From Octopus vulgaris (lineage: Eukaryota), in contig OX597829.1 of NCBI GenBank assembly GCA_951406725.2, positions 18,476,001 through 18,540,000 of the forward strand: a DNA stretch of 64,000 bases, read 5' to 3'. The notes beneath the pieces are model-generated. The model was not told where the DNA came from. It searched no databases and saw only the letters and a program-made list of their open reading frames with translations. The translations under genes and the position numbers were made by a program. Positions 12,585 through 24,964 of this stretch are shown one piece after another; within the stretch, counting starts at the first letter, position 1; each line of letters opens with the position of its first letter.

Positions 12585-12878
12585 TGGAGGCACAATAGCC
12601 CAGTGGTTAGGGCAGCGGACTTGCGGTTGGAGGATCACAGTTTCGATTTCCAGACCAGGCATTGTGTGTATTTATTGAGCGAAAACACCTAAAAGCTCCA
12701 TGAGGCTCTGGCAGGGGGTGGTCGCGACCCCTGTAGTACTCTTTCGCCCCAACTTTCTCTCACTCTTTCTTCCTGTTTCTTGAGTAATGCTGCGATGGAC
12801 TGGCATCCCATCCAGCTGGGGGGAACACATACGCCACAGAAACCGGGCCAATGAGCCTGGCTAGGCTTGAAAAGGGCA
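12585..12878 (+). mobile_element. tRNA-derived SINE family E (V-domain-like gcgatggactggcatcccatccag)
   Basis: tRNA-like head agcccagtggttagggcagcggac...gtttcgatttcc; 3' part repeated at about 8425-8530. Confidence 0.7.
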
Positions 12879-14094
12879 CAAAAATTTTTTTCTCTCTATT
12901 TTTTTTTTGCCTCCACTTCTTTTACCATGAATATTAAAACACTGAAGTGTGTAGGAAAACAAAACAGTTCCAACTAGTTATATAAAATACCTATTGATTA
13001 AAATCTTTTATCTTTTACTTGTTTCACTCATTGGAATGTGGCTATGCTGGAGCACACACTGCCTTGAAGGCTTTAGTCAAACAAATCAACCCCAGTTGTG
13101 TCCCCCACCCCAGTGATGACACACACACACACACACACATCAACTGGCCTCCGTGCTGGTGGCACGTAACAAACACCATCCGATCGTGGCCGTGCCAGCC
13201 TCGCCTGGCCTCCGTGCCGGTGGCACGTAAAAAACACCATCTGAGCGTGGCCATTCACCAGCCTCGTCTGGCACCTGTGTCGGTGGGACATAAAAGGCAC
13301 CCACTACACTCACGGAATGGTTGGTGTTAGGAAGGGCATCCAGAGGCATGAAGACACACTTCTTCCAGTTTCCATTAAACAAATCCACTCAGAAGGCTTT
13401 AGTCAGCCTGGTACTAATGTAGAAGGTACTTACCCAGGGTACCACTTAGTAGGACTGAACCTGGAACCATACAACCTTTTGTGTGTGTGTTTAGTAAAGG
13501 AATGAAACTAGGGCAATCAAGGATGTTTCTCAAGTAATAAAAATGAAGAGTTAGCAACAGCAAAAGCACTAAACAATAAAACTTTTAACTGCTTAATTGA
13601 GGAGGTCAAAGATACCCATATGCTCCCCTTAATTTTTCAAGACCTCTGAGACTGGTAACAGGAAAAAGGGAAGAAGTTATTCCCAAATCAGAAAACTAGA
13701 CACTTGCAGCACATGAATGCTAACAACTGTTAGAACATGCTCTGAGTTCAAATCCAGCTAAGGTCACTTTACCATTACACTTTCGGATTTAAGCCAGTGG
13801 TTTTCAACTAGGGTCCATATAAAATATGTCAGCAATAAAGGACATCCAGCTGCAGAAACCATGCCAAATCAGACTGGAACCTGGTGCAGCTCTACAGCTT
13901 ACCAGTTCCAGTCAAACTATCTAACCAATACCAGCATGGAAAGCAGACGTGAAATGATGATGAATTACTAATAATATTCAATTCTAAAAATCTAATAGGA
14001 TTTTTTTCAAAATATCAAATGATTAGGAGTAAAACTGGAACCAAAGGGGTCTACAGGGTAAAATATTAAAAAAAAAATTGAGAAATACTGATTT

Positions 14095-14655
14095 AAGCCA
14101 ACTATATTTGGCCCAAATTATTCTACTTGTTTTATGTTCAGATCTGGCATCTCACACTTACCCTACAATGCCATTCTAAAAAGTAAACAATTACATCACT
14201 GAAATCTCAAAGTTAAGATTAATTGAAAAACAATGCATCATATTCGACAGAGTAATTTAAAAACTAAAGGGTTAAACAACAATAAAAAATAAATATAAAT
14301 AAATAAATAAATATGGCTACTGAACCAACAAAGAAGCTCCTATTCAAGCCAAAGCCAGAACCTCAAAGGCATTACTCAACCCACTAAAAATGCCAATCAA
14401 ATCTCCCTCAAGTAATAGCTTTTGTTCTGAAATGTAGAACAAGTTTTTTTGTTTGTTTGTATTTTAAATGCTTAGTTATTCACATTGCTTTGAATTAATC
14501 ATGCATTATCTCATAGCTCCGAGATTTTGATGATGTGATTGTTTATTTTTAGAATGGCATTAGTAAGACAGGTGTGAGAGGCCAGATCTTGCCAGTTTGA
14601 ACATGAAACAGAGAGAGAATATTTGGGCCAGATATGGCTGGGCCTAAAAGGTTAA
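14095..14655. mobile_element. Two oppositely oriented partial copies of a TTAA-flanked (piggyBac-like) MITE
   Basis: 14095-14274 (minus) and about 14470-14655 (plus) match the roughly 220-bp element at 59300-59528. Confidence 0.65.
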
Positions 14656-15546
14656 ACTTTATCAAAGGCAAAACAGTTATGAATTAAGTGAGTTAATATT
14701 TGCTAATCTATAGGGATGGTCTCATTTTAAAATGTCATCTAAGCTATGTGACCCAACAGCTGCAATGTCTCAGATATATGAGCAATATTCTGAAACAAGT
14801 TATACTTGTGCCTCATCATGGATCAGCAGCTGTTGAGAAGCAGGATACTTGGATGTAAATTTGGTTATATTATTACTGTGTGGTCATTATGAGAGATCAT
14901 CCTTTATTATCAGGCCTAAAACTGTTAAAGTTTGTAGTAAAGGTTTATTGTTGTGAGTTGCTCATGGATAAAGAACAGACAGTTACTGCATCTCTTTGCT
15001 AATAATTAGGCAAGACTAAGCTGCCATATCCTTTTTGGAGGACCTTTCCAAGGTCTTTATTCACAAAAAAAACGGCACATATCTGGAGCGGTGTCTACAC
15101 TGCATGTTGATGATGCTTGTATAGAAAATATGTTATCAAGGAGTTAAGAAGCAGTGACCTCTACAAAGACCCATGTGATTATAAATTGACAGAGATCATT
15201 TATTGACTGGGTAGATGATGGAGTTGGAGTAAGTGAAATCCAAAGTACCATATTTGCACATCTATAAACCACACTATCTTATACTTCATTTTAATTGAAA
15301 AACAAAAAAATAAAAACTGGGGAGTAACTTATACATGGGGAAATGCCAAAATTATAAAGGGAAAGAAATCCTATACCAAGATTTGACACTAAATTAGAGG
15401 TGTGACGAATACTGGAACACAGCTTATACACAAATAAATACAGTACATGAATGTTGATAGAATGCAGGTGAGAGAAAGAGAAAGTGGGTGAGGAGAGGGA
15501 GAGAGAGGACAATGGACAGAGAGAGAGAGAGAGAGAGAGAATGTCA

Positions 15547-15762
15547 TTAACCTTTTAGCATTCAGATTATTCTGTCAGATGTAATCCTTATTTATTCAAA
15601 CTCCTCTCTTGTCTCATAGCTTTGAGATTTCAATGATGTGATTGCTTACCTGAAGAATTACATTGTAGAGTAGGTGTAAGAGGCTGGACCTGGTCGGTTT
15701 CAACATAAAAAAAGAGAGAATATTCAGGCTGGTTATGGCCTGTTTAAATGCTAAAGGGTAAA
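15547..15762 (+). mobile_element. TTAA-flanked piggyBac-like MITE
   Basis: ttaaccttttagcatt...aatgctaaagggtaaa short TIRs. Confidence 0.7.
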
Positions 15763-16021
15763 GGCACACTATGATGGAACTCTCATACAAAAACTCCTGC
15801 TCAAGAGATAAAAGGTTGATGGGCCTTGTATGCAAGCAACTCGTGATCCAACACAGCAGCTTTTAGACTTTGCCAATGTCAAGGGCAACGACATTGCTTA
15901 TGCTGAAGTTCTGAAGAGTGAGAATACCGTGGTATCACTGGAAACAATAATGACTGGTATTGGAAAACCTGGTTTTTAATACATATACCTCTGCAGAATA
16001 GGTGTGAATATTGAAAGAGAA

Positions 16022-16228
16022 AGGCAGCAAGCTGGCAGAATCGTTTGCATGCCGGGCAAAATGCTTAGCAGTATTTCATTTGCTGCTATGTTCTGAGTTC
16101 AAATTCTGCCGAGGTCGATTAAATAAGTACCAGTTACACACTGGGGTCGATGTAATCAACTTAATCCCTTTGTCTGTCTTTGTTTGCTCCCCCTCTATGT
16201 TTAGTTCCTTGTGGGCAATAAAGAAATA
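16022..16228 (+). mobile_element. SINE family B with internal deletion and TSD
   Basis: Flanked by aatattgaaaga direct repeats (about 16008 and 16229). Confidence 0.85.
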
Positions 16229-17175
16229 AATATTGAAAGAAAAAGGAAAGGAATCGAAGTTAATATTGCCCAGGGCTGAAATATTGAAAGATTGGTATTG
16301 TGACATTCCAAAAAAAATCTTTCAAAGAACTCAAAGACAAAATGTAAATAAATTAACTGAATGAAGAATTTTAATACAAAGTCAACAGATGGGAGAAAAT
16401 TAGAATCACATATTTATGACAGAATATACATATACAACATACACACTGATTGCTTATGCACACACACTTGTGTGTGTGTGTGTGTGTGTGTGTATGCATG
16501 TGTGTAAATGTGTATGCATGTATGCACGTGTATGTATATATGTGTGTATCTATGTATGTGTGTATGTGTGTGTATATATATATGCATGTATGTATGCTTT
16601 ATGTATATATGTATGTGTGTGTATGCACACACATACATACGTGACACACAGAAACATTTCACTGGAAGTGTAGAAGTGTGTAAAATCTCTTAAAATACTT
16701 TGCTTTCAATTGCTCCATTTTATATTTCTACGTGCTTATATGAATAACCAACCACACACTCACACACACACACACATGTACGTATGTATGTATGTGAGAA
16801 CACACACACGCACACATCAATCAACAGAAACATTAACAACTACCACCACCACCACAACACATGAATCTATAATGTGCGTCTGGACAAATATTTTTCGGCC
16901 GTTGTACACTAACATTATAAACATAACTGAGAATATTTATTTCATTAAGATGGAAGTCCGTGTCAGGTTTTTTTTTTTTCCTGTTTTCAATTTCCACATC
17001 TACATTGGAAATAACCAAAACAAACACGACGAAAATCAAATTAATTCACAACAAACAGTTTTATTTTCGTTGATATCAAGCATCTATTTTCGTTGCTGTA
17101 TGTGGGGTGGGGTGGAGGGAAGGTTTGCAGTTGTGTAAGTTGACAGAATTTATATACAGGGTTCCATAAAATAGG

Positions 17176-17360
17176 CTTAACTCTTTAGCATTTAAACTGT
17201 CAATATCCAACCAAAATATTCCTCCTTGTTTTATGTTCAAACTGACCAGATCCAGCCTTTCCCACCTACCCTACAATGTCATTCTAAAAATAAACAATCA
17301 TATCACTGAAACCCTCAAAGCTACAAGATAATGCATGATTAATTGAAAGCAGTGTGAACA
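17176..17360 (-). mobile_element. TTAA-flanked MITE, partial
   Basis: Reverse complement of the 15547-15762 family. Confidence 0.65.
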
Positions 17361-17559
17361 AGAGCACTCAGATAGCGCAAACCTTCACCAAGGCGACACC
17401 AACGTCGTCTCAATGGAGAATATTTGAAATAAACTCAACTGCTCTCATAAACGAGAATACTAAAAATGAACCGGACCACTCCCAAAAATTAAATTAAAAA
17501 AATGAAAAATAATCCAAAATCCTTGTCCGGTACCTGACCAATCCCAATTGTAGTCATGG

Positions 17560-17805
17560 AATGTGAAAGTGGATGTGTGGGTTGTATTTGTAATACTGTG
17601 TGTGTGACATCTGCAGCGGGAACAGGGACAGTTTTCTCTATGAAGGCCTTTTCTAGTCTATCCACTAATATAATATCTTTATGACCATTAAGGTCTACAG
17701 TGAAAAGTTTATTCATACATAAAAGAAAACAGAAGGGACCTGCATACGGTGCTGTTAACAGAGGTTTAACAACATCATTGTACACAAAAATGTGAGTCCT
17801 TCAAG
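17560..17805 (-). mobile_element. Ty3/Gypsy integrase C-terminal (GPY/F) relic
   Basis: THIFVYNDVVKPLLTAPYAGPFCFLLCMNKLFTVDLNGHKDIILVDRLEKAFIE resembles the gypsy pattern THVFVRxDxVrkPLqpPYdGPfkV...FtldlnGkxdtVsiDRLKpAf. Confidence 0.75.
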
Positions 17806-18044
17806 GCAGAGCTAGAAATGCAATTGTCAAGTAGGTAAGAAGTTATAAACAGGAGTGATATATTAAAAAATTGGTAAAACTAAAAATTGTCGAGGATAAG
17901 TTAAATGTATTATTGTTACTGAATATGTTATTTAATTTCTGAAAGGTTTTGCTGCCATTTGTTTATGTAGTTTGATTTCTTTATCCATCAGTTTCTTGTA
18001 AGACAGAGACGCAAGTAAAATTAATATATAAATGTTGGTGTGTT

Positions 18045-18280
18045 TATTGCCCATGGGGGGGGGGGTGCTAAACACAGAGGGAACAAAGAAGGACAGACAA
18101 AGGGATTAAGTCGATTACATTGATCCCCCCAGTGCATAACTGGCACTTATTTAATCGACTCCCGAAAGGATGAAAGGCAAAGTCGACACAGGAGGAATTT
18201 GAACTCAGAACGTAACGGCAGACGAAATACTGCTAAGCATTTTGCCCAGCGTGCTAACGTTTCTGCCAGCTCACCACCTT
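18045..18280 (-). mobile_element. SINE family B
   Basis: Reverse complement of 1711-1940. Confidence 0.85.
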
Positions 18281-18323
18281 AATATATACATATATATGTG
18301 TGTGCGTGTGTGTGTGTATATAC

Positions 18324-18364
<41 letters not shown>

Positions 18365-18366
<2 letters not shown>

Positions 18367-18547
18367 CGTTCGTTCGTTTTTAACATCCGTTCTCCATGCT
18401 AGCATGGGTTGGACGGTTCGACTGGGGATCTGGGAAGCCAGAAGGCTGCACCAGGCTCCAGTCTTGGTGCAGCCTTCTGGCTTCCCAGATCCCCAGTCGA
18501 ACCGTCCAACCCATGCTAGCATGGAGAACGGATGTTAAACGAACGAA

Positions 18548-18551
<4 letters not shown>
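18365..18551. repeat. Near-perfect palindrome (arms about 87 bp, 11-nt spacer) made of the family C 3' end, within (TA)n
   Basis: Left arm ends ...ggctgcacca 18453, spacer ggctccagtct, right arm starts tggtgcagcc 18465. Confidence 0.95.
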
Positions 18552-18607
<56 letters not shown>

Positions 18608-19477
18608 ATATATGTATAAATGTATAAATGTATGTATGTGTGTGCGTGCGTGCAAGCGTGTATGCCGATGTGTGTTTGTCTTTGCATGAATTGGCACTGA
18701 TATCAATATGTTTGGCAGCTCAGCTGTTTCGACATGCAAAGATGGAAACAAGCAAAAGTAGACATATGAAAGACCTGTAGAAGAAGAAAAAAAAAAAAAA
18801 TAGAGGTGGAGTAGGGCAGACTGGCTCAAGACATTTCATCCAAATCACGCCAGTATAGGGAAAATGGCACAGATAAGAGAAATGATGATGATGATGATGA
18901 TTGGGATAGTCATGCCAACAACTAGGATGGTAATGATGGTGAATGGGGTGATGATGGGGAAGTAAGGAAGGAAGGAAGGGTGGATGAGAGGGAGGATGAG
19001 TGGGTGGAGGGTGGCTGGGTAGATGAATGGATGGATGGATGCATAGATAGATAGGAACGCATGCAGGCAGTCAGTCAGTCAGTCGAGCAGACAGATAGAA
19101 AGATAGACAGACAGACAGACATGTCTCTTGAAGATCCAAACGAAATTCATCAGTGAATGTATGATTAGTCTTACTGATATGCCTGCTTGACTCATCATAT
19201 CTTAAGACAACAACATACAAGCTGAGGTAACATATTACTAAATGACAACAACAATCAGTGATGCTATATGCTGATTTAATTAACTACCACTATCATCCCA
19301 AAGACAGCTTGAGTGGGGTTGGCTCACGTAACAACAACAACAACAACAACTACTACAACCATTATTTCTCTGGAATTGGTAGAGAGAAGCAGACACTTCT
19401 GATGAAACCCCAATGAGGATCAAAAATGAATTAAGACTGTTTCGTCATTTTTCTCTAAAGTTTATATATATATAGCA

Positions 19478-19860
19478 CCGTGGCTGTGTGGTAAGTAGCT
19501 TGCTAACCAACCACATGGTTCCGGGTTCAGTCCTGCTGCGTGGCATCTTGGGCAAGTGTCTTCTGCTATAGCCCCGGGCCGACCAATGCTTTGTGAGTAG
19601 ATTTGGTAGACGGAAACTGAAAGAAGCCCGTCATATATATGTATATATATATGTGTGTACGTGTATGTTTGTGTGTCTGTGTCTGTCCCCCTAGCATTGT
19701 GTTTACGTCCCCGTCACTTAGCGGTTCGGCAAAAGAGACCGATAGAATAAGTACTGGGCTTACAAAAGAATAAGTCCCGGGGTCGAGTTGCTCGATTAAA
19801 GGCGGTGCTCCAGCATGGCCGCAATCAAAAGACTGAAATAAGTAAAAGAGTAAAAGAGTA
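19478..19860 (+). mobile_element. SINE family A
   Basis: Near full-length match to family consensus. Confidence 0.9.
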
Positions 19861-19861
19861 T

Positions 19862-20685
19862 CTGAACGTGGCCGATGCCAGCGCCGCCTTGACTGGCTTC
19901 TCTGCCAGTGGCACGTAAAAAGCACCAACCAATCGTGGCCACTGCCAGCCTTCCCTGGCACATAAAAAGCACCCACTACACTCACGGAGTGGTTGGCATT
20001 AGGAAGGACATCCAGCTGCAGAAACACTGCCAGATCAGACTGGAGCCTGGCGCAGCCTCCTGGCTTCCCAGACCCCAGTCAAACTGTCCAACCCATGCTA
20101 GCATGGAAAACGGACGTTAAACGATGATGATGATGACATACAAATACATATTGTATATATGTATATATTATATATATATTGTATGTATGTATATATATAT
20201 ATCATCATCATCATCATCATCATCGTTTAACGTCCGTTTTCCGCGCTAGCACGGGTTGGACGGTTTCGACTGGGGTCTGGGGAGCTCGGGACTGCCCCAG
20301 GCTCCAGTCTAGTCTGGCAGTGTTTCTACAGCTGGATGCCCTTCCTAACGCCAACCACTCCGCGAGTGTAGTGGGTGTTTTTTACGTGCCACCTGCACAG
20401 GTGCCAGAGGGGTCTGGCATCGGCCACGTTCGGATGGTGCTTTTTATGGGGGGGGGGGCAGAAATATAGGGGAGCACCAGTGGGAGGGGTGGTTCAGAGG
20501 ACAGGTACTAGGCAAGTAGAACGTAGGATATCGAGAGAGGGGTAATGCATGGTGAAATAGCGTATTGAAGAGGGGGGTTCAAAGAGTAGACACCTATAAT
20601 GGTGGTGGGGGGTGCAGAAATATAGGGGAGCACCAGTGGGAGGGGTGGTTCAGGGGACAGGTTCTAGGCAAGTAGAACGTAGGAT

Positions 20686-20722
<37 letters not shown>

Positions 20723-20945
20723 CCTCGTCTGGCACCTGTGTTGGTGGCACATAAAAAACACCATCCAAGCGTGGTCGTTCGCCAGCCTCGCCTGGCACCT
20801 GTGTCGGTGGCACATAAAATCACCCACTATACTCTCGGAGTGGTTGGCGTTAGGAAGGGCATCCAGCTGTAGAAACACTGCCAGATCTGACTGGCCTGGT
20901 GCAGCTTCGGGCTCCCCAGACCCCAGTTGAACCGTCCAACCCATG
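19862..20945. mobile_element. Three alternating family C copies (19862-20135 +, 20202-20447 -, 20720-20945 +) around a duplicated 80-bp G-rich segment
   Basis: Direct reading of family C core on alternating strands; direct repeat about 20455-20533 / 20610-20690. Confidence 0.85.
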
Positions 20946-21094
20946 ATAGCTCCAGTCCCCTGAGGTTACTAGATTCGATGTGCATATCAACAGAAGGGCT
21001 GCTTGTTTCTCTAAATTGGTGAATTTGAGAATCCTTTCGGTGCCTCAAAAGTAACAGACTGTCTGATATGGTTAAAAATACACTTCTGCTTGTA

Positions 21095-21415
21095 GGAGAA
21101 CTCCGTTGGTTGCAACGACAAGGGTCCCAGCTGATCTGATGAACTGAACAGCTTGCTCATGAAATTAAGGTGTAAGTGGCTGAGCACTCCACAAAACACA
21201 TGTACCCTTAATGTAGTTCTCGGGGAGATTCAGCGTGACACAGTGTGTGACAAGGCTGGCCCTTTGAAATACAGGTACTACTCATTTTTTCCAGCTGAGT
21301 GGGCTGGAACAACGTGAAATAAAGTGTCTTGCTCAAGGACACACCGCACCGCCGGGAATTGAACTCATGACCTAACGATCATGAACCGAATGCCCTGAAA
21401 CACTAAGCCACGTGC
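21095..21415 (-). mobile_element. tRNA-derived SINE family D variant
   Basis: Reverse complement matches 60470-60782 (gtgtccttgagcaagacactttatttcac core). Confidence 0.8.
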
Positions 21416-21466
21416 CTGACAGGTGTAGATACCTGACAAAATGCCAATAAGGGTTGGAAATTGATT

Positions 21467-21680
21467 AGTTAGTTAGTTAGTTAAATTTTGGGCTCAAAAA
21501 GCAAAAAGCAAGGCCATGTAGGGGGACATGGAGTTATGTACAGGGTGGTGTTCATGTAAAGAGTTCAGGCCACTTGAGCTCAAGGGAGACTTTGAACCGA
21601 GCGGTCGTCGGCATCTTCACTATCTCGTCTGGCAGCTTATTCCACGGATCCGCAACCCGGATGGAGAAAGCCCCTCTCCT
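21467..21680 (-). mobile_element. CR1/L2-group LINE 3' end with (TAAC)n tail
   Basis: Minus strand RRGAFSIRVADPWNKLPDEIVKMPTTARFKVSLELKWPELFT*, the FSxRVxxxWNxLP motif; gttagttagttag tail. Confidence 0.8.
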
Positions 21681-22664
21681 TCGATTGAGATGACATCATC
21701 GCAGATAGAGCTTAAGGCTGTTCATAATTTTTTCAATGTAAGGAGGAGTAAATCTGTCATCTTTGTATAACTGCTATGTATATTTACATGTAGTAATCAT
21801 GATTTCAATTCCTGGACCGGATGGTGCATTGTGTTCTTGAGCAAGACACTTCATCTCATGTTGTTCTTTGATCACTTCAACACTTGATGCACGGTACAAG
21901 TGTTGGAGACAGTAAGCTCATGTGTGGCACAAACATTTCATCACTATGTCAAAGCAGACATAGAACTTAGCGGATCCTTCTGGCTTGTCTGTTCTTGTTA
22001 AACTGTCCAATGCATGCCAGCATGGTAAAGTGTACGATAAATGATGATGATGATGATATACACAAACAAAAAGTTTCTTTCAATTTCCATCTACCAAATC
22101 AATTCACAAGACTCCAGTCAGCCCAGAGCTATTGTAGAAGGCACTTGTTCAAGGTGCTATGCAGTAAGATTCATCTTGGAACCATGCAGTTGGGGAGCAA
22201 GATTTTTACCACATAGCCACCACGCCTGTGCCTATTTAAGCGTATAAGTGGAAACATTTTTCTTCCCTATTTTTTTTTTTTTTGCGGAATAATGAGTAAT
22301 AAGTCCCCTCCCTGAATATGAATGAATTGGTGAATTTGAGAATCCTTTCGGTGCCTCTAAAGTAACAGACTGTCTGATATGGTTAAAAATACACTTCCAG
22401 CATTCTTGTCTAGATTTCTTTCTAACCAAAAAAAAAAAAAAAAAAATGATGTGGTAAGCAATAAGCAAGGAAAATGATTCTACCAAGATCATTGTGCAAT
22501 GGAAATGTGATACAAGGGATTTCGGAATGAAAGCATGATGGCTGACTGTTGTAGGATGCTATATCACAATGACCCAGACCGAGTCTACAAGAGAAAGTCA
22601 TTCATAGCACTATTGATGATTTGTATAATGTGTGTGTATATATATATATATATGATTTGTATAA

Positions 22665-22710
<46 letters not shown>

Positions 22711-23544
22711 CAATTACATGTCTGTCTAATTGGATAGACATGTAATTGGTTGTGTGTTATAAAAACGAGGTTTAAATTAATTACATATGAATCGATAAAG
22801 CATAAGCAGTATTTTAGTTTGAGCAATAAATACACTTTAAGTATTGATAAAATTGAGGGGTGGGTGAAGAAACAAACAAAAAAAAAAAAAAAGAGAGAGC
22901 AAAAAAAAAAAAAAAAGAAAACCGTTATATTTCAAAAAAACTAAACTATCAGAGAAAACTAAAGACATGTTTGGAATCAAACTCCAAAATGTATTCAGAA
23001 AAGCTAAGAGCAATGCAGGGTTCAACAAAAAAAAAAAAAAAAAATCTGGTTGACCATACAATCAGATATACTCAAACTAAATCTATCAAATACATACAGA
23101 TACACATGTGCATAGACACACACACACACAGAGACGTGTGTGTGTGCCTTTCTCTCTTTCCCATCTCCTTCCACCATTCATTTTTCCTGCCACACTCTTT
23201 CCTATTCTCTCCTTCCTATTTCCTCCGCCTTGAATTTCCGTCTCGGCTCTCTCCAGATGAGTAGAATGGACACAAGGAAATCCGAAGAAATACAAAGAAA
23301 GTGAGAAAAGAGGGATAGGGGTGGGGAATGGGGGGGGTTAGATGGGAGAATGTAACGCAGGAAAAAAAACAAAGCAAAAAAAAAAAAATGACGGGAGTAA
23401 AAGGTTGCAAAAATAAGGTGGAAGAGGAAAAATACCAGAAAAACACTGAAAAGGAAATCTATTAGGATATTAAGAGATAGGGGACAGATTAAAGACACTG
23501 TATACTTCCATGAAGTGTTTATCCATGGAAGTTTGTACAATAGC

Positions 23545-24665
23545 AGTTCAGTGCATGTTGGAGTTCAGCTTCTGCTGTTACTAATTTGTACACTCTGTCA
23601 TGTAGCATTATACCCATGTGACACACTGTGGCAATAAATGCATGTTGCAGACTGCACTGTTACTATGTCATAACACTCTTCCATGAAGTACTTACCTGGA
23701 GGCAGTGTTTATTCATGTAGTGCAACACGGTAGTAAAGTGCATGTTGAAGTGTGCTCTGTTATGATCAATATTCTGCCATGTAGCATTCAACCATGTGAG
23801 CTTACAAGGAGACAGTGTTTTCCCCCCATGTGGCAATTTGTGATAGTAAGTGCATGTTATATTATGTTCTGTTATGATTTCTACTCTTCCATGTAGCATT
23901 TACTCATGTGAGCTTACACAAAGGCAGTGTTTACCCACGTGGCATATTGTGAAGTGTTCTGTTATAATCAATACTCTGCCATGTAGCATATAGCAATGTG
24001 AGCTTACACAGCCACAGTGTTTCCCCATGTGGTGTATTGTGGTAGTAAGTACATGCTGTAGTGTGTCACTATCTATACTCTTCCATGTAGAATCTACCTA
24101 TGAGAGATTACACTGAGGCAGTGTTTTTCCATGACTTGTATGGTGGTAGTAAGAACATGTTGTAGTATTCTGTTACAATCTGTTACTCTTCCATTTCGCA
24201 TTTATCCATGTGAGGTTACACAGTCAGTGTTTTCTCATGTAGCATATAGTGCCAGTAAGCACATGCTATAGTCTGTTCTACCACTACATTTATACACCCT
24301 GTTATGTAGCATTTATCCATGTGAGGTTACACAGTGGCAGTGTTTTTACCATGTGGCATATTGTGGTAGTAAGTGTATGTTACAGTGTTTCTGTAGTGTT
24401 TACCAATATAAGCTTACACAGAGGTGGTGTTTATCTCATATGACATATAGTGGTAGTAGGTTCATGTTCTAGTATTTCCTATTACACGCCCTGTCATGTA
24501 GCATTTACCTACATGATGTTACACGATGGCAGTCAGAACATGTTATAGTTCAATATGTTACCATACTACTTTGTACACTCTGACATGGAGTGTTCATCTA
24601 TGTGACATTGGCGTTAGTGAAGCGCCTGTTGTAGTTAGCAATATGACTACATGTACACTGTCATT
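23545..24665. repeat. Diverged tandem array, about 10 units of roughly 100-115 bp
   Basis: Recurring catgtagcattta.ccatgtgagcttacaca.aggcagtgttt...catgtggcatattgtggtagtaag..catgt. Confidence 0.85.
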
Positions 24666-24964
24666 TGGTATTTACCGCTGCAAGGTAACTGGCTGAGTTT
24701 ATGCCATCTGCTCCACTTACACATTGCTGACTGAATTATTTCTCCTCTTCTCATCCAACCCTCTCAGGCCCCACACTATCAACTAATCCTTATACTAGTC
24801 CTTCAATCCCTTTAAATTCTTTCCCTGCTTATGACATTCCTGCAGGTGTTGACTTGCAAAAGTTTGAAAGGAAGATTAATTAATTAATTAGTGGCATCAA
24901 TCTTACTTCTCTAGAAGGGCCTGTTTTGGCTATGGGCACTGTCCCATCCTTTGAGTTTAGCAAA

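Noticed and set aside
14700-15445. Possible pogo/Tigger-type transposon relic (end cttatacacaaataaatacagta)
   Set aside because: Only a terminal resemblance; no translatable transposase motif or second TIR could be confirmed
17489-17785. Possible upstream exon of the minus-strand gene (acceptor-like ttttcactgtAG)
   Set aside because: Peptide matches the gypsy integrase GPY/F region across the putative acceptor, so it is an LTR-element relic
23545-24665. CRISPR-like repeat-spacer array
   Set aside because: Units are homologous along their whole length, with no unique spacers, in a eukaryotic context with no cas genes
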